44,860 nucleotides of DNA from a virus (taxonomy: Duplodnaviria > Caudoviricetes). Below the pieces are notes generated by a model that was not told the origin of the DNA, searched no databases, and saw nothing but the letters and a program-made list of their open reading frames with translations. Location: IMG/VR virus record IMGVR_UViG_3300037311_000490, positions 1-44,860 of that record; one strand, given 5' to 3'. Position 1 is the stretch's first letter; every line of letters starts with the position of its first letter. Shown piece by piece: positions 35,780 to 43,936 of the stretch. The translations under genes and the position numbers were made by a program.

Positions 35780-35803
35780 GGGTGACCCGCATCACCGTGC
35801 CGG
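35780..35803 (+). promoter_or_regulatory. Late-promoter dyad, copy 3 (sheath/tube operon)
   Basis: GGGTGACCCGCATCACCGTGCCGG; one mismatch to copy 2 over 24 bp. Confidence 0.75.
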
Positions 35804-35870
35804 CTCGAAGGACGTGCGGACAAGGATCGAAGCACAGTCGACGGCCTGTCAAGCCCCTTGGAGTAGTCCC

Positions 35871-37118
35871 ATGCCCCTCGCCGAACGCTTCCACGGCACC
35901 CGCGTCTTCAAGGGGCCGGCCCGGGCGAGGCCGATCGCGACGGAGGATTACTCCACGGTCGGAGCCATCGTTGTCGCACCGAACGCAGACAATACCAGAT
36001 TTCCGTTGAACACGGCCGTGACCATCTTCACCGCCGATGCCGCTGACCGCACGTTGTTGGGCACCGGCGGCAACGTGGACGCTGTCATCGATGCCATCGA
36101 TGACCAGGCGACGGAAGAGTTCGGCAGCGCCGAGGTTCAGGTTGTCCGCGTCGCGGAGGGTGCCAATCTCGAAGCGACCATGGCCAACATCGTGGGGTCC
36201 GGCGCGACCTACACGGGCGTGCATGCTTTCAAGCGCATGACCAAGAAGGCCAAGTTTTATATCGCGCCGGGCTACACCTCGCAGCGTGTGGCCGGCCAGA
36301 AGAACCCGGTGGTGGCGGAGCTGCAGAGCATTGCCGGTCGCCATCGCGGCGTCATCATCGCCGACGGCCCCAACACCACGAAGGAGGCGGCCGAGATTTA
36401 CCGGGCGGACTTCGCCAACGAGAAGCGGCTGTATCTCGTTGATCCGCATGTGCTGGTGGCTGGCTCGGGCGGCACGCCCGTAACGCAGCCGGCTTCCGGC
36501 CGCGTGGCGGGCCTGTTCGTGCGGCGCGACAAGGCGGAGGGTGGGCCACACGTCTCTCCCTCCAACCAGACCATCCAGGGCATCGTCGGCGTGGCCCGGC
36601 CCATTGCCTATTACGATGGCGACCCGGACAGCGAAGCCAATTGGCTGAACCAACGCAACATCACCACCATCATCGACAATGGCACCCTGTGGGGCAACGA
36701 CAGCCTCAGCAGCGACCCGCTGGACCGGTACATCAACGTGATCCGCACGGAAGATGCCATCGACAGCGCCGTGGTGAAGGCATTCCGTTGGGCGATGGAC
36801 AACAACCTCAACGTGCCACTGGCAGTGGCGATCGTCGAGAGCCTGGACGCGTTCCTGTCTGATGCCGCGGTGCGAGGCTGGATCATCAGCGGCAAGGTGG
36901 GGTTCGATCCCGACGCCAACAACAGCGCTAACCTGGTCTCGGGACAGCTGACCATCGACTATGATCGTGAGCCCTACGCCCCCCTGAACGACCTGCAGTT
37001 TCGCGCCAGTCGCAACCCCAACGCCTACGACCTCGTGTCTGACGGCATCACACGCGCGGTTCAACAGATCACCGCCCGTTCGCGCCGGCTGATCTACGGC
37101 GTCAACCTCGGCGCCTGA
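35871..37118 (+). CDS. Contractile tail sheath protein (P2 FI-like)
   Basis: RFHGTRV, FPLNTAV, IAPGY, VSPSNQ, ANWLNQRNITTII, LWGN; GGAG RBS. Confidence 0.93.
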   Translation: MPLAERFHGTRVFKGPARARPIATEDYSTVGAIVVAPNADNTRFPLNTAVTIFTADAADRTLLGTGGNVDAVIDAIDDQATEEFGSAEVQVVRVAEGANLEATMANIVGSGATYTGVHAFKRMTKKAKFYIAPGYTSQRVAGQKNPVVAELQSIAGRHRGVIIADGPNTTKEAAEIYRADFANEKRLYLVDPHVLVAGSGGTPVTQPASGRVAGLFVRRDKAEGGPHVSPSNQTIQGIVGVARPIAYYDGDPDSEANWLNQRNITTIIDNGTLWGNDSLSSDPLDRYINVIRTEDAIDSAVVKAFRWAMDNNLNVPLAVAIVESLDAFLSDAAVRGWIISGKVGFDPDANNSANLVSGQLTIDYDREPYAPLNDLQFRASRNPNAYDLVSDGITRAVQQITARSRRLIYGVNLGA

Positions 37119-37138
37119 CGCCGCATCAGGAGAGTTTC

Positions 37139-37672
37139 ATGGCTGGCCTCAAGTTTCTGCCTGTGCGCGGCTGCAACGTGTTCGCGGACGGGATCAATGT
37201 CGGCATCATCAACACCGGCGCGAAACTGCCGTTGCTCAGCGAAACGGGCGAAAGCATCACCTTCGGCGGCTCCCGCGGGGCCGTGGAAATCATGACCTCG
37301 GCGGACGCCTGCGAAGTGATGTTCAGCATGAAGGGCATCGCGCCAGACATCATGGCCCAGTGGGGAGCAGGCTTCGGGGTGCGCAAGACCTACACCGTTC
37401 TGGCAGCGTTGGTGGATGAATACAGCCTCGACGCGAGCAAGCGGGTGGTGCAGTTGCAGGCCACCGCCATCGGGCGGCTTTCCAGCGTCGATACCGAAAA
37501 GTTCGAGGGCGGTGCCCTGCCTGGCACGGAGGTGGGGATCAAGAGCATCACCAAATATCTGCTCCGCATCGGCGGGCAGGAGGTGGCGCGCTATGATCTG
37601 GCATTGGGTGGCTGGCTCGACACGGGCGGGGTGCAGACCGAGATTGCCGCCGCTATCGGCCTGACCGTCTGA
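37139..37672 (+). CDS. Tail tube protein (P2 FII-like)
   Basis: NVFADG, AKLPLL; follows the sheath; AGGAG RBS. Confidence 0.85.
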   Translation: MAGLKFLPVRGCNVFADGINVGIINTGAKLPLLSETGESITFGGSRGAVEIMTSADACEVMFSMKGIAPDIMAQWGAGFGVRKTYTVLAALVDEYSLDASKRVVQLQATAIGRLSSVDTEKFEGGALPGTEVGIKSITKYLLRIGGQEVARYDLALGGWLDTGGVQTEIAAAIGLTV

Positions 37673-38109
37673 TGTCCCTGCCTCCCGACCCCGATCTGGA
37701 GCCGGTGGCCGCCGCGCGCGCCGCCATGGCCGCTCTAGACGCCGCGGCCACGCCCGCCGGGCCGCGACGGCCGCTGGTGCGGCGGGCTGACCCGGATCGC
37801 TGGCAGACGGTGGTGCCGCTGTCCATGCCGCTGCTGGTGGACGAGGAACGGCTGGACAGCCTGACGCTGCGCTGCCTCACGGGACAGGAGCTGGTCGAGG
37901 TGCTGATGGCGCCGGAAGATGGCGCCAGCCTGAACATCCGCGTGCGGGCAGCCATGGCCGGGGTGCACTGGCTGGTGCTGGCGGAAATGGCGGCTACGGA
38001 TGCCGAGAGGGTGGCGGCGGCCGCCCGCCCTTTCTTGCCCCCCAGTCTCGTCGAGGCCGAGGACGACCTCAGGGACGCGCTGGCGGACGAGAACTACCGC
38101 GCGGGCTGA
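37672..38109 (+). CDS. Tail assembly chaperone (P2 gpE-like)
   Basis: VPLSMPLLVD..LDSLTLR; between tube and tape measure. Confidence 0.75.
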   Translation: MSLPPDPDLEPVAAARAAMAALDAAATPAGPRRPLVRRADPDRWQTVVPLSMPLLVDEERLDSLTLRCLTGQELVEVLMAPEDGASLNIRVRAAMAGVHWLVLAEMAATDAERVAAAARPFLPPSLVEAEDDLRDALADENYRAG

Positions 38110-38237
38110 GGCGGGTGCCGCTGCTGGCGATGGAGGTGGCGCGCTTTGCCGCCACGCCGCTGCCCGTGGTGCTCGGCTGGCCCCTGCCCCTGCTGTACTT
38201 CTGGCACGCCGCAGCGTGCGATCTGGCGGAGGCCTGA
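38028..38237 (+). CDS. Putative -1 frameshift extension of the chaperone (gpE+E'-like)
   Basis: C CCT TTC slippery heptamer in frame at 38028-38034; -1 frame open to TGA at 38235-38237. Confidence 0.6.
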   Translation, partial: PFLAPQSRRGRGRPQGRAGGRELPRGLRRVPLLAMEVARFAATPLPVVLGWPLPLLYFWHAAACDLAEA

Positions 38238-40715
38238 ATGGCCAACCTCAAGGTTTCGCTCATTCTGGACCTGGTCAACCGGCTGAGCGGCCCAGCGAAG
38301 GCCGCTGGCCGCGACATACGGGGCGTGGGCACGGCCGCCAAGGAGCTGGGCAATGTGCGGGCGGGCGAACGTATCGCCCGCGATCTCGACCGCACCCGCG
38401 CCTCGGCCGAGCGCGCCGCCGGCGCCGTGCGCAACGTCCGCAAGGCCATCGCTGATACTGCCGTGGCCAGCGCCAATCTTGCCCCGGCCGCCCGCGGCGG
38501 GGTGGCGGGCGATGCCATCAGCGGGGCATTGGCGGCGTCCCGCGTGGCGCTGGGGCCGGCGGCGGCGGGCGTGGGCGTAGCGGGCGGAATAGCAGGCGGC
38601 GGTGCAGCGGCTGCGGTGGCCGCCACCGCGGCTTCGACCCGCGTGGCCATCAGCCGGGAAGCCGCCATGGCCGAGGTGAAGAAGAAGGTGGATCTGCCGG
38701 CCGGCGAAACGTTCGCCGGGCTGGAGCGGCAGATCAGCCAGTTCGCGATCGCGTACGGCCGCAGCTTCGAGGACGTGGCGAAGGTGGCCGCGGAAGCCGG
38801 CGCCACCGGGGTGGCCTTCAAGGATCTGGCAGGCTTCATGACACTGGCCACGAAGGCGAGCATCGCGTGGGATATGAGCACGTCGGAGGCGGCGCAAAAG
38901 CTCTTCGAGATCCGGGCGGCCACGGGCAAGTCGCTCAAGGAGCTGGAGGAATTCGGCGACAAGGTGAACAAGCTGGGCGACACCAGCGCGGCCAAGGAGA
39001 GCGACATTCTCGAGATGGCAAACCGCGCCATGGCAGCGGCGAAGGAAGCCGGGGTCAGCGAGGACGCCTCCCTGGCATTCCTGACCGCCATGCGTTCCGT
39101 CGGCATTCAGCCAGAGATCGCTTCGCGAGGCTTCAACGCGCTCGTCTCCACGTTGGCCACCGCCAACGACAGCAAGAAAGTGGGCGAGGGCCTGAAGATG
39201 TTGGGTCTGGATGCCAAGGCCATGGCCAAGGCGATGAAGACCGATGCCACGGCGGCCCTGCTGCAGCTTTTCACGGCACTGGAGAAATCGAAAGACCCCA
39301 TCGCCGCCGCCGTCAAGATTTTCGGCAAGGAGTGGTTCGACGAGATGCTGCGCACGAAGGGGAGCATCGCCGAAGTGAAAAAGCAGTTGGAGACGCTGAG
39401 CTCGGCGTCCAACTATCGGGGCTCCATGAACAACACGTTGAACATCGAGCTTGCGACGACGTCCAACCATCTGAAGCGCCTCTCCGCGCTGGCCGGAGAG
39501 GTGGGCAACCGCCTGGGCAGCTGGTCGCTCGGACCCATCAACGCCGCTGTGGAGCGGCTGGTGCAGCTCCTCGACCAGGCCGACGCGAGGACGAAGAAGA
39601 CCGCCGATCAGAAAGAGGCGGGGGAGGCGCTGGCCGCCGGACAGCCACTCACCCCGGAACAGCGCCAGCAGATGGCGAAGGACGCCAGCTTCCGCATCCG
39701 TGCCGAGGCGGCCGAGAAGGAAGCCATGGCGCGGCGCGTGAAAGCCACGGAGGGTACAGGCACGGTGATCCGCGGCCCGGCAGAAGAGGCCGCGCGACGG
39801 CAGATCGACGCCTTGCAGAAGCAGCGCGACGGCCTGGTGGCGCGCCAGCGCAGCCCCGCCACGCCCGTGTTCGAACAATCGTCGATCGCCAGCCAGCTGC
39901 GCGAGATCGACACTAGGCTGACCCGCATCCGCGGCGCACTACCCGACACCGACCCCAAGTTCGCCGCCAACAAGCGGGCGGACCGGGATGACTGGAACAA
40001 GGCCCGGCCGCGGCAGAGCGAGACCGCGGCGCTGATGGCCCGCCTGCGCGAAGCCGAGCTGCAGATCGCCGGCATCCGCGAGGCAAGCCGGGGCGCCGGT
40101 CCGCGAGACCGCGAGGGGTTCGACACTGACGCACGGGAGGCCGTGGCCACCATCAACCGCACCCTGCTGTCCATCCTGCAGAGCGCGGCGCCGGGCTCCG
40201 TGGCCCGCCAGCGCTTCGGCTTTGGCCCCTCGGGCGTGCCCGGGCCGGGCGAAGCGCAACCGGGGCTGCAGAAGCCGGGACGGCTCGGCTTCGGGTTCGA
40301 CGGGCGGCCCGCCAACAGGACGCCGCTATCCAAGGGGCGGCTGCCCACTGCGCCCGCGAAGGACGCGCCGGCGGTGAACATCCGCGAGCTGTTCGAGGTG
40401 GATCTGGGCGCCGCGGGCATGACCATGATGGAACGGCTGCGCGCCGGCATGGTGCAGGGGCAGTCGGCTGTCGAGGGCGTGGCGGGCGCCACGGCCGAGG
40501 GGGTCAAGGGGCGCCTCGCCGAGGTGGATCTGAGCGCGGCCGGCCTCGCCATGATGGGCACGCTGGCGGCGGGCATCACCGCAGGAGGACCGCAGGCGGT
40601 GGCTGCCGCGGCGGCAGTGGCCGGGCAGGTGCGGGCCGCGTCCCTCGGGGGCACGACCCAGGCCGGCAGCGTGCGCAACCGCATGAGCGCCAGCCAGCAT
40701 GACGGAGTGGGCTGA
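38238..40715 (+). CDS. Tail tape measure protein (TP901-like core)
   Basis: LKVSLILDLVNRLSGP, EAAMAEVKKKVD, GDKVNKLGDT; Ala-rich and helical. Confidence 0.93.
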   Translation: MANLKVSLILDLVNRLSGPAKAAGRDIRGVGTAAKELGNVRAGERIARDLDRTRASAERAAGAVRNVRKAIADTAVASANLAPAARGGVAGDAISGALAASRVALGPAAAGVGVAGGIAGGGAAAAVAATAASTRVAISREAAMAEVKKKVDLPAGETFAGLERQISQFAIAYGRSFEDVAKVAAEAGATGVAFKDLAGFMTLATKASIAWDMSTSEAAQKLFEIRAATGKSLKELEEFGDKVNKLGDTSAAKESDILEMANRAMAAAKEAGVSEDASLAFLTAMRSVGIQPEIASRGFNALVSTLATANDSKKVGEGLKMLGLDAKAMAKAMKTDATAALLQLFTALEKSKDPIAAAVKIFGKEWFDEMLRTKGSIAEVKKQLETLSSASNYRGSMNNTLNIELATTSNHLKRLSALAGEVGNRLGSWSLGPINAAVERLVQLLDQADARTKKTADQKEAGEALAAGQPLTPEQRQQMAKDASFRIRAEAAEKEAMARRVKATEGTGTVIRGPAEEAARRQIDALQKQRDGLVARQRSPATPVFEQSSIASQLREIDTRLTRIRGALPDTDPKFAANKRADRDDWNKARPRQSETAALMARLREAELQIAGIREASRGAGPRDREGFDTDAREAVATINRTLLSILQSAAPGSVARQRFGFGPSGVPGPGEAQPGLQKPGRLGFGFDGRPANRTPLSKGRLPTAPAKDAPAVNIRELFEVDLGAAGMTMMERLRAGMVQGQSAVEGVAGATAEGVKGRLAEVDLSAAGLAMMGTLAAGITAGGPQAVAAAAAVAGQVRAASLGGTTQAGSVRNRMSASQHDGVG

Positions 40716-41137
40716 TGCGTCCGCTGCTGGCCCTCGGCTCCTTCGTCTTTCGCGTGCTGCCACTGACGTTGCAGCAGATCGATGAGGAGAGCAGCGCCAA
40801 CCATCCACCAAAACAACGCTTCGGCCGCGGGCCGTACCGGCAGTTCACGGGGCCTGGTGAGGCCACACAGAAGATCGGCGGGCTGATCTTCGACGAGGAG
40901 TTTGGCGGTTACGGCGAGTACATCGGCCTGAAGGCGATGCAGGCCACGGGTACGCCGGTGATGGTTGTAAGCTGGGGTGGTGGCGCGGCCTCGGCGCTGG
41001 TGCTGGGCCGCATGTGCATTCTCAAGGTCGGGGCCGTGCATACCTCCATTGGCGAGGGCGGCATCGGCCGCAAGATCGCGTTCTCGGTGGAGCTGGCGCG
41101 GGCGGGCGACGACGGCCCCGCGGGAGGGCTGTTCTGA
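40715..41137 (+). CDS. Tail protein (P2 gpU-like)
   Basis: LLALGSFVF, RQFTGPGE, KIAFSVEL. Confidence 0.88.
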   Translation: MRPLLALGSFVFRVLPLTLQQIDEESSANHPPKQRFGRGPYRQFTGPGEATQKIGGLIFDEEFGGYGEYIGLKAMQATGTPVMVVSWGGGAASALVLGRMCILKVGAVHTSIGEGGIGRKIAFSVELARAGDDGPAGGLF

Positions 41138-41358
41138 TGCGTGTGCGGGTGGCGCGCATGGGCGTGGCGCTGGACGCCCTGGTGCATGAGATGCTGGGCT
41201 CAGCCGACACCGCGCTCGTGGATGAGACGCTGCGCCGCAACCCCGGCCTCGCGCGGCGGCTGACCCTGCAGGGCCATGTGCTGCTGCTGGGGCAGGAGAT
41301 CGACCTGCCTGACACGGCACGGACGGCGGCGCCCCAACCTGTCAGGCTATGGGACTGA
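41137..41358 (+). CDS. Tail protein X (P2 gpX-like)
   Basis: LDALVHEMLG...RNPGLA...GQEIDLPD...VRLWD. Confidence 0.88.
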   Translation: MRVRVARMGVALDALVHEMLGSADTALVDETLRRNPGLARRLTLQGHVLLLGQEIDLPDTARTAAPQPVRLWD

Positions 41359-42383
41359 TGAGCGGCCGCCGTCCCATTATCCGGGTCACGGTGGATGGCC
41401 AGCCCGTGGGCGCGGGGTTCTACAGCCGTCTCATCAGCGCGCGTGTGCGCGACGAGGAAGGCCAGGTGGTCGATACGTGCGAACTGGTCTTCGATGATGC
41501 GCCGCCGCACATCGAGCTGCCGCGTCTGGGCGCAGAGATCCGGATCAGTCTCGGATATGAAGACACGATCGTGGTGGAACGCGGGCGGTTTCGCGTGGAC
41601 AGCACACCGCTGCGGGGCAGCGTGCAGGCGGGCGAAACGCTGAGCGTGCACGCCAAGAGCGCTGATATGCGCAAGGACATGAAGGGCGAAGGGCGGAAAG
41701 CCTACAAGAACCAGACGCTCCGGCAGATCGTCGAGGTCGAGGCGGCGAAGATGGGCCTGCAGGCCGTGGTGGACCCGGAGCTGGGGGCAATCCAGTTTCC
41801 CTGGCTGCTCCGCTGGGACCAGAGCCGCATGGACTTCATCACCCGCCTGGCTGACGAGGTGGGCGGCATCGTCAAGCCCGCGGGCGGGCGGCTGATAGTG
41901 CAGAAGCAGGGCAGCGGGCTGAGCGCCTCTGGCAAGCCGCTGGCGCCCATCATCATCCACAAGGATGAATGCTCCGAATGGGAGATCAACCCTGACGGGC
42001 GCATGCAATACGGCACCGTCATCGCAACATGGATCGATCCCGCCAGCGGCAAGAGCCGCCGCGAGAAGCTGGAGACCGGCCTGAGCGGTCCGGAGCTGGT
42101 GCTTCGAGAGCCCTTCGAAACGCAGGCACGCGCGAAAGCCGCGGCCAGAGCGGAAAAGGAGCGGCGCAACCGCAACACGGCCAACGGCAGTTTCACGGTG
42201 ATGGGGCGGCCGGAGGCTCAGGCCGGGGCACCGGTGACCGCGATTGGCTTTCGCGACGGCATCAGCGGCGAATGGCGGGCCACCGTCGTCGAAGACGTGT
42301 TCGAAAGCGGCGATGATGGCGGCTACGACACCATCATCAGCGTGAAACCGCCGAACGCGGGCAAGGCAGGGAAGGATGGATAG
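41358..42383 (+). CDS. Baseplate hub / late control protein D (P2 gpD-like)
   Basis: RLISARVRDEEG..DTCELVFDD, ISLGY, QSRMDFITRLA. Confidence 0.9.
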   Translation: MSGRRPIIRVTVDGQPVGAGFYSRLISARVRDEEGQVVDTCELVFDDAPPHIELPRLGAEIRISLGYEDTIVVERGRFRVDSTPLRGSVQAGETLSVHAKSADMRKDMKGEGRKAYKNQTLRQIVEVEAAKMGLQAVVDPELGAIQFPWLLRWDQSRMDFITRLADEVGGIVKPAGGRLIVQKQGSGLSASGKPLAPIIIHKDECSEWEINPDGRMQYGTVIATWIDPASGKSRREKLETGLSGPELVLREPFETQARAKAAARAEKERRNRNTANGSFTVMGRPEAQAGAPVTAIGFRDGISGEWRATVVEDVFESGDDGGYDTIISVKPPNAGKAGKDG

Positions 42384-42388
42384 GGAAG

Positions 42389-42479
42389 GGTAGCGGAGGG
42401 CGCCGAAGCGCCGCCGGGCCAGCTCATGGGAAGGGCAACCCGGCCGGTGACACCCGAGAATAACCACCGCTCCGCCACC
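42389..42479 (+). ncRNA. Candidate structured RNA (perfect four-way junction) upstream of the adenine methyltransferase
   Basis: Closing stem 42389-42398/42470-42479 and three abutting hairpins; predicted by eye; no family assigned. Confidence 0.55.
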
Positions 42480-42513
42480 GCGGAGGGGCCGTGATTCTCG
42501 ACAGGGGCACAAG

Positions 42514-43335
42514 ATGACACTGATGCATGTGCGGCCGATCTCGCCGGTAACAGGTTATGTGGGTGGCAAGCGCCAGCTGGCCAAGACGCTCGTGCCCATG
42601 CTGGCGGGCATCGAGCATGGGCTTTACGCTGAGCCTTTCGTGGGGATGGGCGGTCTCTTCTTCCGAAGGGACAGGCGGCCGCCCGTGGAGGCAATCAACG
42701 ATCTGAGCCGGGATGTCGCGACGTTCTTCCGCATCCTGCAGCGTCACTACGAGCCGTTCATGGACATGCTGAAGTGGCGCCTGTCCAGCCGCGACGACTT
42801 CGAGCGGCTCATGAAGATGGATCCCGACGCCATGACGGATCTGGAACGGGCGGCGCGGTTCCTGCAGCTGCAGCGGCTTTCGTTCGGTGGCAAGGTGGCA
42901 GGACGCACATTCGGCACGGCGCCCAGCCAGCCGGCACGTTTCGATACGGCAAAGCTCGGCCCGCTCCTCGAAGCCGCCCACCAACGTCTGGCCAGTGTCT
43001 GGATCGAGTGCCTGCCCTACGATGCGTTCATTGAGCGCTACGACAGGCCGCAAACGCTGTTTTTCTGCGATCCACCCTATTGGGGCAGCGAGCACTACTA
43101 CGGTCGAGGCATGTTCGAACGCGCGGAGTTCGAACGGCTGGCGCAGCGTTTGAAGGCCGTTCGAGGTGCCTTCGTGATGACCGTGAACGATCGCCCGGAG
43201 CTGCGCGAGATGTTCGAATGGGCGGCCATCCGTACGGTGTCGCTGACCTACAGCGTGGGCCTGCAGCACAACGTGGCTGCTCAGGAGATCATCATAACCA
43301 ACCGGCCGGGCGTGCTGATGTTCGCAGAAAGCTGA
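42514..43335 (+). CDS. DNA adenine methyltransferase (Dam/D12 class) in the mom position
   Basis: YVGGKRQLA, YAEPFVGMG, EAIND, FFCDPPY. Confidence 0.93.
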   Translation: MTLMHVRPISPVTGYVGGKRQLAKTLVPMLAGIEHGLYAEPFVGMGGLFFRRDRRPPVEAINDLSRDVATFFRILQRHYEPFMDMLKWRLSSRDDFERLMKMDPDAMTDLERAARFLQLQRLSFGGKVAGRTFGTAPSQPARFDTAKLGPLLEAAHQRLASVWIECLPYDAFIERYDRPQTLFFCDPPYWGSEHYYGRGMFERAEFERLAQRLKAVRGAFVMTVNDRPELREMFEWAAIRTVSLTYSVGLQHNVAAQEIIITNRPGVLMFAES

Positions 43336-43345
43336 AATTCAGTTG

Positions 43346-43392
43346 CTCCAAAACCGAGTGTCCGCCACTCCAATTTTGAATGTCCCGCTACA
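43346..43392. repeat. Predicted right prophage end: two tandem 22-bp transposase-binding-like repeats and terminal ACA
   Basis: CTCCAAAACCGAGTGTCCGCCA (43346-43367) and CTCCAATTTTGAATGTCCCGCT (43368-43389), followed by ACA. Confidence 0.75.
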
Positions 43393-43936
43393 GCGGCCAG
43401 CAGGGGCAGGCGAAGGTTGGGTGTTTCAGTCATGGCCGGCAGCTCCGATGGGGTCATGACACCGGTGTACAGGAAAATAGACCTATAGACAAGGCAGATC
43501 AGCCTATCCTTTGCCGCCGTTCGGGGGAGACCCGCATGACCGATGCGCGCTCTATGACACCGGGGCAGCCATGCAGCGGCCAGAATCGGAGACAGGTCGC
43601 CGTAGCAAATTTTTGCATCACCTTCTTTGCACGGAACCGAAGTTCCGTTGTCGCCGATGGCGGATAGCACGGACTTACTACTCCCAAGGGTGGATACTGG
43701 CCATCTCCTCAGTTTTGCCACACAACGTTGCCAAACAGACCCCGGAATTATGGTGCGGATACGCCACATTTCTGGCAGCCGGACCGGAACTTTTCGCAAT
43801 GCGGACACATGTAAGGCAGACTCGGGAGTCGGTGGAGGGCTGACATCGGGTGCAAGCTGCCGCGAAAGTGTGCGCGCTTTGAAAACCGACAACTCAACTA
43901 TGAATTTCGGAGCATCCCATGTTCGCGGAGGATCCC

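Larger units (their letters stand above)
1..43392 (+). mobile_element. Mu-like transposable prophage (left end outside window; right end predicted at 43392)
   Basis: Repressor/ner/MuA/MuB early block, Mu-type head genes, contractile tail genes, terminal methyltransferase, then tandem 22-bp repeats ending in TACA. Confidence 0.95.

Noticed and set aside
11361-35803. CRISPR-like or REP interpretation of the repeated palindrome
   Set aside because: Only three widely dispersed copies, each at an operon start; no spacer array or cas genes.
42389-42479. tRNA gene
   Set aside because: Cloverleaf-like, but lacks the T-loop GTTCRA, the D-loop consensus and a 7-nt anticodon loop.
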